64,000 nucleotides of DNA from an uncultured Candidatus Saccharibacteria bacterium (GCA_964602665.1 CAZRRH010000001.1:72414-136413); one strand, 5' to 3'. Counted from the stretch's first letter, positions 8,644-18,797 are shown. Notes: generated from the sequence alone by a model not told the origin. Numbers and translations are program-made.

Positions 8644-10779
8644 TTAATCTTTCGTTACCTTTTTCTCGAAGTACTTTTTAGGGTCAGTTGCTTTTAATTT
8701 AGCAAGCTCGGCATTGTTTGCAACAGAAGCCAAAGCCATAAACAAAGGTGTTTTTGCATATTTATCAAGGTATCCACCTCTATAAAGCAACATCAATACA
8801 CCGATAATCATAAATAACACCCCGACAAGCACTCTTCCCATAACTGTATCAAAAATCCCAGTACCAGGAGTAAGACAAGTCTGATCAACCCTAAACACAA
8901 ATTGAGTCCTAAGAGTATTAGGATCTGTTGGCATATTTGGAATTTGAACAACGACTTCATTTTGATTTTGTCCGCTCAGCGATTGAGGTCCTGCCAAAAC
9001 ACCTATTGTGATAATAATATTTTTGCCATTTTCAACGCCTGGTAAACTGCTCATATTCCACACAAGTTCCTGGGTACTACCAACGGTATTTATTGTAGGC
9101 TCCTTGCCCGTCGTAATAGGCACTCCATTTATACTCATTGTGCTACTGTTTGCGATATAAGTAAAGCCCAGTGGCAGTTTATCTGTAATACTTGTAATTA
9201 ACTCTCTTGTTGTCCCTGTGTTGTTTAATGTTATAGTGAAGTTAGCTCTATTTCTTGGTGAAACACGAGTTACACAACTTGTTCCCGTTTTCGAGACTGC
9301 TATATTTGTACTTGATGGCGTTACACCTCCTGCTCCCGTTATAGTTATTGTTCTATTTCCATCACTCCTTCCTGTACAGCTTACAGTCTCACCATTTGCA
9401 ATCATCTGTAAAGCCACATTATATGTCTGACTTGTTTGTCCTGCCGGCAATATGATTGTCAAAGGTAAATTATCCGCAAATCTACTTCCTGATAAAGATA
9501 AAGTGTATGGATTTGAGCTTATATCCGCGATGGGAATATTTATTGTGTTTTTATTTGAGATACCTGCTTCAGGGACATTGAAACTAAAAGTCACATCTCC
9601 TGTTATTAAATCCTTGTTTGTAATTGTAATAGTTGCGCTATCAACTGTTACTGTATTTACTCCTGACAGAGGAGAGACAGCGTCTAAAACGCAAGAAAAC
9701 TCTGGATCGCCGGTTCCTCCATCGTCATCGTCATCATCATCATCAGAGGCATAAACCGTAATACTTTTTGAGCCACAACTTGCATACTGGCCATCTTCAC
9801 CTAAATATTCAACTGTAAATGTATAAGTATGCTCTTCTTCGCCATCAGGAACGACAAAAGGAGTTATTAAAGGATTGACATTTGAACTTTCATATAGGTA
9901 AAGTTTATCCAATGTAAAGTCATAAAAATCCTGAGATTTAGATGTGCTTGTCAAATCTTCTGTTATCGCAGGCTCTTGCCCACTTACCGTCATTCTCAAT
10001 TTTGCCTCATCGAGAACAACATTTTTGATTGTTGCAGATACGCTATCAAGCTCCATTGTACCAGAAGAGTATGATGCAGGAGTTACAATATTTGCTAAAC
10101 ATTCAGGCTGTTTGACTTCATAACTTCTCGTGCAGTAACTCGAATCTGCCAATTTAGTATCAGTGCTGTCATATAACTCTACTTCCACATCAAACCCGGA
10201 GTAGTCCTTTGGTATAACCTCTGCAAAAGAAATAGTACAAAGCTCTCCTGTAGCACAAGTATCAAGAAGTACTTCTCCTATATTCTCCCCACCTATTTTT
10301 AGTTTAGCCTTGGTCACGCTGGTGTCTTTTCTGATTTGTGCTTTTACATAAACAGGAATATTTCGATCTAATGGATATGAGAGAATTTCCTCTTCATCTA
10401 TTGAAGAGGTACTCCCTAAGAAGATATTTTCACAGTAAGCTGGATTAAATGTTGTAATATTAATTGCTTGCCATGAAGCCTCTTGACAAGAGATTGTTCC
10501 ATCAATTTTAGAACTACAACTTTGAGGCTCCTTGCCAAGAGATTCTATCGAAGGGCAAGTTGCACCAGTTTCTTTTTTTGAATAAACAGAATCTTGCAAA
10601 GTTGCACCCGTCACATCTTCGGGTGCCCAGTAACAACCATAGTAATCACTTGCAGAAGAGTATTGGGGAGTGACATCTCTTATGTTTTGATACCAGTAAG
10701 CTATACCAAGCCCTGATAATCCTAAAATTCCGGCCATAACAAAGACGGCAATGATACCTATTTTGTTCTTTTTTTTCAT
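8644..10779 (-). CDS. large cell-surface protein with a DUF11-like conserved repeat domain, a poly-Asp tract, and N-terminal plus C-terminal hydrophobic anchors
   Basis: 711 aa. N-terminal signal/anchor (IGIIAVFVMAGILGLSGLGIAYWY). FTITLNNTGTTRELITSITDKLPLGFTYI matches the DUF11 repeat pattern. D8 run; C-terminal TM GVLFMIIGVLMLLY followed by a basic tail. Ser/Thr/Gly-rich throughout. Confidence 0.5.
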   Translation of the reverse strand: MKKKNKIGIIAVFVMAGILGLSGLGIAYWYQNIRDVTPQYSSASDYYGCYWAPEDVTGATLQDSVYSKKETGATCPSIESLGKEPQSCSSKIDGTISCQEASWQAINITTFNPAYCENIFLGSTSSIDEEEILSYPLDRNIPVYVKAQIRKDTSVTKAKLKIGGENIGEVLLDTCATGELCTISFAEVIPKDYSGFDVEVELYDSTDTKLADSSYCTRSYEVKQPECLANIVTPASYSSGTMELDSVSATIKNVVLDEAKLRMTVSGQEPAITEDLTSTSKSQDFYDFTLDKLYLYESSNVNPLITPFVVPDGEEEHTYTFTVEYLGEDGQYASCGSKSITVYASDDDDDDDDGGTGDPEFSCVLDAVSPLSGVNTVTVDSATITITNKDLITGDVTFSFNVPEAGISNKNTINIPIADISSNPYTLSLSGSRFADNLPLTIILPAGQTSQTYNVALQMIANGETVSCTGRSDGNRTITITGAGGVTPSSTNIAVSKTGTSCVTRVSPRNRANFTITLNNTGTTRELITSITDKLPLGFTYIANSSTMSINGVPITTGKEPTINTVGSTQELVWNMSSLPGVENGKNIIITIGVLAGPQSLSGQNQNEVVVQIPNMPTDPNTLRTQFVFRVDQTCLTPGTGIFDTVMGRVLVGVLFMIIGVLMLLYRGGYLDKYAKTPLFMALASVANNAELAKLKATDPKKYFEKKVTKD
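9716..9746. repeat. GAT/GAC trinucleotide tract encoding eight consecutive Asp inside the surface-protein gene
   Basis: catcgtcatcgtcatcatcatcatc on the + strand; in-frame simple-sequence repeat. Confidence 0.6.
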
Positions 10780-10812
10780 ACTTGTTTCTATATTAACATT
10801 CTTTGGGGAATT

Positions 10813-11742
10813 TTACAATATACCTAGCAACATGGTCAATGCTATTTTCGTATCAATTTTGCCCTGCTTTGATTTCCAATCAATAAAGTTTATCTTGCTA
10901 TATATTTTTTTTAGCATGGTCCAATTATAATTATCAATATTTGCCTTGATTTTTGAGAGAACAAAGGGATGAATTCTTGTTTTTTCAATAATTTCTTGCG
11001 CCGATTTCCTATTATCTAGTAATTCCTTTATCATTATTAATTGGTCTAAATTTCTTGAGATACTATTAAGGATCATGTAATCATCATATCCGCTATTGCT
11101 AACATTTTCATAAACTTTTAGAGCTAATTTCCTGTTACGGTCATTTATAGCATCAGTTAAGTCCCAAATCTGATTCTCATATGTATTTGCAACAACCTTT
11201 TGTATAAGTATCGGATTTATTTCCTCTCCTGTTTTGCATATCAAAGACAGCTTAGAAATTTCGTTGTCAATTTTTTCTGTATTGTAGTTTGTTCTACTAA
11301 GCAATAGATTAGTTGACTCTTCTGTTAATTTTAATCCCTTATCGTTAAGCAATGACTTGATCCAAGCGCCAAGCTCCCTTTTATTCATAACATCAAAACA
11401 ACTGCTGTTTTGAATGTTTTTGATATAGCGACTATTTGATTTAATTTTCTCATCTTCCCATAAAATAATTTCTACTTTATTTTTAATTGCTTGCACGCGG
11501 TTAAAGAACTTCTCGATTTCATCGTTAAAACCCTTTACCTTTGAAAGTCTTTTTATAAAAATCACCTTACCAGATGAAAACAAACTCAGAGATTCTATCT
11601 TATACAAAACATCAGGCAATTCCATCCCTTGTGCATTTATGACCTGCGCTTGATAAGAGGGGTTTGCCAAAATAATCTCTTGATATTTAGCTTTTGCCTT
11701 GCTCAAACTAAGGTACTTATCGTTGCCATGATATAAATACAC
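10813..11742 (-). CDS. holA: DNA polymerase III delta subunit (HolA)-like
   Basis: 309 aa. MYLYHGNDKYL start and overall pattern resemble HolA. Sits directly downstream of pnp. Confidence 0.5.
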   Translation of the reverse strand: MYLYHGNDKYLSLSKAKAKYQEIILANPSYQAQVINAQGMELPDVLYKIESLSLFSSGKVIFIKRLSKVKGFNDEIEKFFNRVQAIKNKVEIILWEDEKIKSNSRYIKNIQNSSCFDVMNKRELGAWIKSLLNDKGLKLTEESTNLLLSRTNYNTEKIDNEISKLSLICKTGEEINPILIQKVVANTYENQIWDLTDAINDRNRKLALKVYENVSNSGYDDYMILNSISRNLDQLIMIKELLDNRKSAQEIIEKTRIHPFVLSKIKANIDNYNWTMLKKIYSKINFIDWKSKQGKIDTKIALTMLLGIL

Positions 11743-11760
11743 TGTTTTTTAGATTACAAG

Positions 11761-13872
11761 TTATGCCTTCGCTTTTTTGAGTCTAATTTTGCCCTCTCTA
11801 TCTACTTCGGATACAACTACGCTCATTATTTGACCAACTTTAACAAATTTGCTTACATCTTTGACAAACTCTCCGTTGCCAAGCTCTGATACATGAAGCA
11901 AGCCGGTCAATCCTCTAGATAACTCAACAAAAGCCCCATAATTTTCCACTCTTGTAACTTTGCCTGTGTACTCTTTACCCACTTCTGCAACCGCACCATA
12001 GCTCTCTACTTCAGCAAGCGCGTCTTGCAAGCCTTTGTCTGAAACAGAGTATATCGAAACAATACCAGCGTCATCGATATTAATATCTGCTCCTGTGCGC
12101 AGTATCAGGTCCTTTATATTTTTACCACCAGGTCCGATTAAATCGCCTATTTTATCAGTAGGAATCTTTGTGCTAACAAATTTAGGTGCATATTGAGACA
12201 AATCTTTTGGCTTTGAGATTGTATTCTCAATTGCTTCAAGTATTTTTAACCTCGCCTCTTTACTTTTTACAAAGGCGTTCTTAAAAATTTCAAGAGGTAA
12301 TCCTCCAGCTTTTTCATCCATCTGAATTGCTGTTACACCATCTTTGGTTCCTCCAACTTTAAAATCCATAAACCCATAAAAGTCCTCAACATCTCTCATA
12401 TCAACAAGCAGTTTATAATCATCAAAATCTAGCTGAGCATTATCTTTTTCGTTTATCATAACACCAAGTGCAATACCAGCAACAGGCTTTTTTATTGGCA
12501 CACCTGCGTCTAATAGTGCTAAAGTAGACCCACAAATCGATGCCATAGAACTTGATCCGTTTTCAGACATGATTTCACTTATAAGCATAATCATATAAGG
12601 AAACTCCTCTTCACTTGGAAGGACAGGAACAAGCGCTTTCTCCGCTAATGCACCGTGGCCAATCGCTCTTCTCCCTGGCACAAATTTTATTCTATCTACA
12701 ACTCCATAGCTATAAGGGGCTTCTTCATAATAGTGCAAATATCGCCTCGAAACTTCACCACCTACATCTTGAACTAATTGTGCGTTCTTTAGACTATCAA
12801 GAACTGCAATTGTAAGAACTTGTGTCATTCCTCTTGTGAAAAGCCCACTTCCATGAGATCTTGGTAATATACCGGTTTCTATTGACAGCTCTCTTATTTC
12901 ATCAAATTCTCTGCCATCAAGCCTTTTGTTTGTACTCCATATAATTTCTCTTGTCGTCTTTTTACGAAGTTTCTCATAAGCGAGGCTGATTTGTTGCTTT
13001 GAATACTTACCTTCAAATGACTTATCTGCATAAATAGTTTTTAAAACTTGCCCATCTTTGTTGTCGATATTCAAAAGCTCTTTTTTGATTTCCTCTTTGT
13101 AATCCTTCTCTAATTTTGAATACAAATCTTGATCAACGGCAAAAGACTCATAGGTAATTGTATCTTTTTTTGCTCCGTCTAATGCTGCTGTTACAAATCT
13201 TTTTTGAATCTCTTCCCATTCTGCAATTTTTTTCATGCCAAATTCCATCGCCTGTACTACAGTATCCTCAGGAATTTCTTGCATATCGGCATCGATATTT
13301 ACAATTCTTTTGCTGTCTCCAGCGATTACAAGATTCATTTTGGTTTCTTTATCAGAGTTAAAGACATCGTTGTAATTCATATAAAAATCACCTTTTTCAT
13401 CTTGGCTTACTCTCGCGATTGATATTGGACCATCAAAAGGCAACCCCATTATCATAAAGCCGGCAGAAACGGCATTTGTAGCAATTATTACAGGATCATT
13501 TTGTTCATCATAAGAAAGAACTTTTATTATAACCTGTACTTCGTCTCGATAATCTTTGGCAAATCTAGACCTTACAGATCGATCAATAATTCTTCCCTTA
13601 AGAATTGCTTCGTCAGAGGGAAATCTCTCTCTCTTAACAAATCTTGATGAAGAGATAAGGCCTGCAGAATAAAGCTTCTCTATATACTCAACAGAAAGAG
13701 GAAAATAATCCATCTCTTGTGAAGCAGGAGCTGCATTAATCGTAACTAAAACATTTGTATCACCCATGGTAGCGTAAATAGCAACCTGTGATCTTCTAGC
13801 AATTTTACCAACAGCAAAGGAACAAACTTTGCCATCAATTTCAAACTGCTCTTTTTTTTCATTGAATAGCAT
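11761..13872 (-). CDS. pnp: polynucleotide phosphorylase (PNPase)
   Basis: 703 aa with two RNase PH-like cores. C-terminal KH (IGPGGKNIK) and S1 (GKVTRVENYGAFVEL) domains. Follows rpsO as in the conserved rpsO-pnp operon. Confidence 0.9.
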   Translation of the reverse strand: MLFNEKKEQFEIDGKVCSFAVGKIARRSQVAIYATMGDTNVLVTINAAPASQEMDYFPLSVEYIEKLYSAGLISSSRFVKRERFPSDEAILKGRIIDRSVRSRFAKDYRDEVQVIIKVLSYDEQNDPVIIATNAVSAGFMIMGLPFDGPISIARVSQDEKGDFYMNYNDVFNSDKETKMNLVIAGDSKRIVNIDADMQEIPEDTVVQAMEFGMKKIAEWEEIQKRFVTAALDGAKKDTITYESFAVDQDLYSKLEKDYKEEIKKELLNIDNKDGQVLKTIYADKSFEGKYSKQQISLAYEKLRKKTTREIIWSTNKRLDGREFDEIRELSIETGILPRSHGSGLFTRGMTQVLTIAVLDSLKNAQLVQDVGGEVSRRYLHYYEEAPYSYGVVDRIKFVPGRRAIGHGALAEKALVPVLPSEEEFPYMIMLISEIMSENGSSSMASICGSTLALLDAGVPIKKPVAGIALGVMINEKDNAQLDFDDYKLLVDMRDVEDFYGFMDFKVGGTKDGVTAIQMDEKAGGLPLEIFKNAFVKSKEARLKILEAIENTISKPKDLSQYAPKFVSTKIPTDKIGDLIGPGGKNIKDLILRTGADINIDDAGIVSIYSVSDKGLQDALAEVESYGAVAEVGKEYTGKVTRVENYGAFVELSRGLTGLLHVSELGNGEFVKDVSKFVKVGQIMSVVVSEVDREGKIRLKKAKA

Positions 13873-13921
13873 AAAAATAAATAGTAAATAATATTAAATC
13901 AAATGAGAACTTCTTAAAAAA

Positions 13922-14185
13922 TTATAGGCCAAGTTTTTTAGCGAGGCCGTTATATCTTTTCTCATCGGTTCGTTTCAAATAATCAATTAGTCTTCTTCTT
14001 CTTCCAACCATTTTAACAAGACCAACTCTAGAATGATTATCCTTTTTATTCTCGTTTAAATGAGCTGTCAGTTTTTTTATACGCTCAGTGAGAATAGCAA
14101 TTTGAACCTCTGGAGAGCCTGTATCTTTTTTACTTACTGAAAATTCTTTTATAAGCTCCTGTTTTTTATCTTTGTTTAATGACAT
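13922..14185 (-). CDS. rpsO: 30S ribosomal protein S15
   Basis: 87 aa: [20 protein letters not shown] ... [12 protein letters not shown]. Confidence 0.9.
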   Translation of the reverse strand: MSLNKDKKQELIKEFSVSKKDTGSPEVQIAILTERIKKLTAHLNENKKDNHSRVGLVKMVGRRRRLIDYLKRTDEKRYNGLAKKLGL

Positions 14186-14218
14186 ATATTATATTATAAC
14201 ACAATTTTACTTTTTATG

Positions 14219-15328
14219 TCAATTATACATTTCTTTTATTAAATTTGCAATTATTTCAGGGGCTTGTTCTGCGCTCATTTTATCCATTAAAATGGTAGCA
14301 CAACAACTGTTTCCGCTCCCTCCAATAATATTAATTACTTTTTTAAGATTAAATCTTGATTTATAAGCAGATTCCATTTTTACAATACTCTTATCCATGC
14401 CTGTGACTGCGAGAATATTTAATATTGTCTCGCTTGAGGTCATATATGGGATTTTAAATTTAAAAAAATCGTTTATTCTGACAGGATTTTTTATAAGCTT
14501 ATTAAAAAACTTAGCAAGTTTTGTTTCAGTTTCTTCAACATTAAATATTGTTAAAAAAATCTCTTTATTTTGGCTGTATTCCTGATAGAAAGGGGCTTTA
14601 CTTATTAAACGATTATAAGCGTTTATTGATTCTGGAGATTTTAGACGATCAAGGTTTTTTATGCTATTATAAAGTGCTATTGGGGTTTGACACATTTTAA
14701 CAAGACTATCTAATGTCTTTGTATTATCCTTAGTTTTTTCATATCCATCAACAAAATTTTTACTATATACAAATTCATCCAATAGAATACTTGCCAAGTT
14801 TTTTGATAAACTTTCTTTCACTAGCTTTGATATGTCAAAATCCTCTTTTCTAAGAAATAATTTTGGTAATTTTTTAAGCATTTTCTTGTCTTTTGCACCG
14901 ATATTTGCAATCTCCTCTCCTTCTTGCCCCTCATAGAAGATTGCGCCATCAAAATCTGCGCTAGCGTTTTCATAGCTTATGTTTTTGAAATCAAAAAAGC
15001 CATCTTCCGGATAAATATGGAAAAGTATCTGAGAATTTTTTTCATCAATATCATAGCTAATTTTATCTATTTTTTTATCACCATAATTTACAGCAATAAT
15101 ATACGAATCGAAATTTATTTTATGATTAATTTTAATTTCATGTTTTTTAAAAAGGGCAAGAGCGGGCATTTTTACAAGACCTGTTATTACAAGTTCTGAT
15201 CGTTTTTTTATCTCTTTTAGCTTTTTTGATAAAAATATTATATTTGAGGCATCAGTATGGGATTGGACAGGTTTTGTAATTATAATAACCTTATTTTTTT
15301 TATCTAAGAAGTTATTTAATTTTCGCAT
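14219..15328 (-). CDS. DHH/DHHA1-fold NrnA-like protein with degenerate catalytic motifs
   Basis: 369 aa, colinear with NrnA. VIIITKPVQSHTDASNIIF aligns with ILHRHVRPDPDAYGS (motif I). FHIYPEDG sits where IDHHPNEDPYG (the DHH motif) should be. The C-terminal GGSGNSCCATI replaces the DHHA1 GGGHxxASG. It occupies the rbfA/nrnA position of the nusA-infB-rpsO-pnp cluster. Confidence 0.4.
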   Translation of the reverse strand: MRKLNNFLDKKNKVIIITKPVQSHTDASNIIFLSKKLKEIKKRSELVITGLVKMPALALFKKHEIKINHKINFDSYIIAVNYGDKKIDKISYDIDEKNSQILFHIYPEDGFFDFKNISYENASADFDGAIFYEGQEGEEIANIGAKDKKMLKKLPKLFLRKEDFDISKLVKESLSKNLASILLDEFVYSKNFVDGYEKTKDNTKTLDSLVKMCQTPIALYNSIKNLDRLKSPESINAYNRLISKAPFYQEYSQNKEIFLTIFNVEETETKLAKFFNKLIKNPVRINDFFKFKIPYMTSSETILNILAVTGMDKSIVKMESAYKSRFNLKKVINIIGGSGNSCCATILMDKMSAEQAPEIIANLIKEMYN

Positions 15329-15462
15329 ATAGTTTACTTATACTATATCTTAGTCTGTTCTGCAATATCAAGTTTTGTCATTTCGATATGCTATCATATT
15401 CCACAAACATTAACCTTTGTTCTATATACCCATGCTTCTTTATGTAATATTATTTCATTATT

Positions 15463-16014
15463 ATGAAAAAAGATATTAATGGTCTTATTGGCAATAAAAT
15501 CAGGTACTATAGAAATAGTCGTAACTATACACAGCAAAGACTTGCTGATAAAGTTGGTGTCTCTTGGGAGATGATCTCAAGATATGAAAGAGGAAGTAGT
15601 TCAGTATTTAATAATCTTGATAAAATATGTGACGCGTTAAATGTCTCTTTATCTGAACTTCTTATTGATCAAAACAGTTTCAATAATCGAATTCCTCTTT
15701 TTGAAACAGCTTCTTTTCTTCCGCAACCAGACCAAAATCTTAGCTTACTAACATATCATTGCCCAGACTGGCTTTTGATGATGGACAAAAATGCCTTAGC
15801 ACTTCTTCTTTCAAAAAATGTTAAGATAAATATTGCCGGCATTGAGATAAATAACATTATTTATCTCTCAAAAGAACAAAAACCAACAGATTTAAGCCTC
15901 GTTTTCTTTTTTATCGATAAAGGATATGTAATTGATACTTATTCGCAATTCAAGAAGAAAAGTAGCGCTCAATTTATTGGCGTTATCGTCGGTCTTGAAA
16001 AAAGATTTGTTTAA
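15463..16014 (+). CDS. XRE-family HTH transcriptional regulator with a LexA/CI-like C-terminal domain
   Basis: 183 aa. The N-terminal helix-turn-helix (YTQQRLADKVGVSWEMISRYERG) is typical of Xre/Cro. The ~110-aa C-terminal domain has no obvious Ser-Lys dyad. It is encoded antisense between infB and the downstream operon genes. Confidence 0.55.
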   Translation: MKKDINGLIGNKIRYYRNSRNYTQQRLADKVGVSWEMISRYERGSSSVFNNLDKICDALNVSLSELLIDQNSFNNRIPLFETASFLPQPDQNLSLLTYHCPDWLLMMDKNALALLLSKNVKINIAGIEINNIIYLSKEQKPTDLSLVFFFIDKGYVIDTYSQFKKKSSAQFIGVIVGLEKRFV

Positions 16015-16019
16015 GATTG

Positions 16020-17636
16020 TTAAATGGCGACAACTTTGTAGCAGAAGATCGTATCGCCAGCTTGTACATTCTCAATAGAAGGATCGATAATTGCACCAAA
16101 ATCCGTACCCTTTGACGCTGATTTAATCTCATCTTTAACATGCCTTAAAGAAACAATTCGACCTTTGCCAATAATATCATCACCTCTGAGTATATAGCAT
16201 CTTTCATTGCTTTTTATCACCCCGTTTGTTACAAGACCACCAACAACATTTTTCCCATTTGATAATGTTACAATTCCTTTTACTTCTGCAGTACCAATTT
16301 CCTCTTCAATTTCATCATTACCTGCAAGCATTTCAAGACTCGCTTCAACTTCTTCTGTTAACTCATAAATTATGTTATATGTTCTTACAAGAACTTTTTT
16401 TAACTCATTGTACTGCCTGGCCACAGGCATTACGTCAACTTGGAATCCAAGAATTATCGCTTTTGTATTAAATGCCATATCAATATCTTTCTGACTTACT
16501 GATCCGACCGATGCGTCAACAATATTAACAGATACATTTTGCTCTCTGTATTTACTATCAAGTCTTGTAAGAACTTTTCTTATGGCTTCAAGTGAGCCCT
16601 CAGATGGAGATTTTATTATCACATTTAGCGACTTAATTTTGACAACATTACTCTTATCGGCAAAGACATTATTCCAGAACTCATCAGCCTGTGCCTTCTT
16701 TTCTTCTTCTACGACAACTTGCTCTTCTTCGATTTTCTTTGTCAGACCTATGTATTCGTTGTATATCTTCTCTGCATCTTTTTTCATCTCTTTTGGGACG
16801 CATAAAACAGTTGACCCTAGTTCCAAAATTTCACCTACACCCATAACTTTACCACCCTGTCCATCTTCTAATTCTGTTATGTTCTTGCAGTCATCCGTTA
16901 TAAATCCCCTTATATTTGTTGCTAAAACACCGTTTTTACTCTTAAAGACAATTAACTCTCGCGATACAAATTTCCCCGCCGTATTTACAATCGAAGAGAG
17001 ACAACCTGTACAATCGTCTTTTACAGACTCCAATACCGTTCCCATTCCTAAAATTTTTCCTTCCATGCTTTTTGGAATAGAGTCTCTTTTTATCCCTTCT
17101 ATTTCAAGGACTAAGTTTATCGTTTCCAAAAGATCCTCTATGCCCTGGCCTGTTTTTCCTGATACCTGTACGACTGGAATGTTTCCGCCCATACCTTCGA
17201 GAAGTAACCCTTCATTCGTTATATCTCTTTTGACTTTTTCAATGTCAATATTTGGCAGATCGCATTTATTAATAACGACAAGAGGAGAAGCGTGAGACTT
17301 TTTAATTATTTCAATGGACTCTTTAGTTTGTGGCTTCACACTATCATCTGCTGCGACAATAAGTAAAACAATATCAGCAATCGAACCACCTCTTACTCTC
17401 ATAAGGTCAAAGGCTTCATGGCCCGGCGTATCAATGAAAGATATTCTTGCAGAAGGATTTTCCGGCTGTGGACAAACGGTAAATGCTGATATTTTTTGCG
17501 TTATACCCCCATATTCACAAGCTTGTACATTGGTTTTTCTTATTTGGTCAAGTATCGTTGTTTTGCCATGATCGACATGACCCAAGATGGCAACTATTCC
17601 TATTCTGTTTTTTTTCTCTTCTGCTTTTTTAGCCAT
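16020..17636 (-). CDS. infB: translation initiation factor IF-2 (short form)
   Basis: 538 aa with a G domain (GHVDHGKTTILD, DTPGHEAF, NKCD) and typical IF-2 C-terminal domains. Confidence 0.9.
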   Translation of the reverse strand: MAKKAEEKKNRIGIVAILGHVDHGKTTILDQIRKTNVQACEYGGITQKISAFTVCPQPENPSARISFIDTPGHEAFDLMRVRGGSIADIVLLIVAADDSVKPQTKESIEIIKKSHASPLVVINKCDLPNIDIEKVKRDITNEGLLLEGMGGNIPVVQVSGKTGQGIEDLLETINLVLEIEGIKRDSIPKSMEGKILGMGTVLESVKDDCTGCLSSIVNTAGKFVSRELIVFKSKNGVLATNIRGFITDDCKNITELEDGQGGKVMGVGEILELGSTVLCVPKEMKKDAEKIYNEYIGLTKKIEEEQVVVEEEKKAQADEFWNNVFADKSNVVKIKSLNVIIKSPSEGSLEAIRKVLTRLDSKYREQNVSVNIVDASVGSVSQKDIDMAFNTKAIILGFQVDVMPVARQYNELKKVLVRTYNIIYELTEEVEASLEMLAGNDEIEEEIGTAEVKGIVTLSNGKNVVGGLVTNGVIKSNERCYILRGDDIIGKGRIVSLRHVKDEIKSASKGTDFGAIIDPSIENVQAGDTIFCYKVVAI

Positions 17637-17656
17637 TAAGTCTCCAATATTTAATA

Positions 17657-18709
17657 TTACTTCTCAATGTCTATTTTCATACCGACAAGCTTATATGCTA
17701 ATCTGACATTTTGCCCATCTCGCCCAATTGCAAGTGATAATTGATCCTCAGGAACTTGTACTTTTGCGACTCTTATTTTTTTACCCTCATCATCTTTTTC
17801 TTCGACAATTTTTACGCTATCGACTTTTGCAGGACTCAGAGACTTTTTAATAAACTCTTGTGCGTTATCATCCCATTCGATTATATCAACTTTTTCCATG
17901 CCCAGTTCGTCCATTATTGCGGTTATTCTTACTCCTTTTTGACCGACACAAGATCCTATAGGATCAATGCCTTCCTGGTTTGATTTAACAGCAACTTTAC
18001 TTCTTGATCCAGCTTCTCTCGCAATAGCTTTTATTTCTATAACACCCGATTCTATTTCTGGAACTTCCATTATAAAGAGAGCCTTTAAGAAATCCGCTGA
18101 AGCTCTATCTACAACAAGATATTTGCCCTGATCACTATCTTCAATTGTTTTTAACAATACTTTATACCTATCGCCAGCTTTATAAAACTCTGTTGGAACC
18201 TGATTTTCTTTTGGCATATATGCTGTAGCTTTGCCTATCTCAAAAACAGCTCTATCTTTTTGCATTCTTTGCATAAGAGCAGAGAATATTTGGCCAACTT
18301 TGTCGGTATACTCCTTAAGAATTGCTTCCTTCTCTTTCTCCCTTACTCCCTGCATCAAAACCTGTTTAGCAACTTGTGCTGCAATCCTACCAAATTTCTC
18401 AAAAGGAATTTCTGTTTCAATTATATCTCCTTTTTTAACATTGGCAGCTATTTTTTTAGCCTCTTTTAGTGATATTTCAGTGTCATTATCAGACGCTTTT
18501 GTCTGCACTGTCTTGCGCACAAGCATCCTAATTTGGCCGGTTTCTCTCTCTATTTGCACCGATACATTATCTGCTTCTTCTTTTTCAATTTCAAAAAGAT
18601 ACGCCTTAAGCATACCTTGTTCCAAAGCAACAAAAACTTCTTCCTTATCAATGCCTCTCTCTGCACATATTTGATTAATAGCTGCAATTATTTCTGTTGT
18701 AACTGCCAT
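17657..18709 (-). CDS. nusA: transcription termination/antitermination factor NusA
   Basis: 350 aa with N-terminal domain, S1 domain and two KH domains (PIGSCVGQKGVRI). Confidence 0.85.
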   Translation of the reverse strand: MAVTTEIIAAINQICAERGIDKEEVFVALEQGMLKAYLFEIEKEEADNVSVQIERETGQIRMLVRKTVQTKASDNDTEISLKEAKKIAANVKKGDIIETEIPFEKFGRIAAQVAKQVLMQGVREKEKEAILKEYTDKVGQIFSALMQRMQKDRAVFEIGKATAYMPKENQVPTEFYKAGDRYKVLLKTIEDSDQGKYLVVDRASADFLKALFIMEVPEIESGVIEIKAIAREAGSRSKVAVKSNQEGIDPIGSCVGQKGVRITAIMDELGMEKVDIIEWDDNAQEFIKKSLSPAKVDSVKIVEEKDDEGKKIRVAKVQVPEDQLSLAIGRDGQNVRLAYKLVGMKIDIEK

Positions 18710-18723
18710 TTTTTTAACACTAA

Positions 18724-18758
18724 AAATTTAAAAAACGAGGGCGATTCTCACCACCCTC
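18724..18758 (-). terminator. rho-independent terminator downstream of dnaJ
   Basis: Minus-strand hairpin GAGGGTGGTGAGAATCGCCCTC followed by GTTTTTTAAATTTTT. Confidence 0.5.
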
Positions 18759-18797
18759 TTAAAATCGCCAATTTCACATCAATATTTATATTATACA

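Noticed and set aside
16582-17295. 237-aa plus-strand ORF (and similar ones at 18231-18674 and 52679-53212)
   Set aside because: Shadow ORFs antisense to infB, nusA and groEL. Low-complexity Ser/Phe/Leu-rich translations typical of the reverse frame of AT-rich genes.
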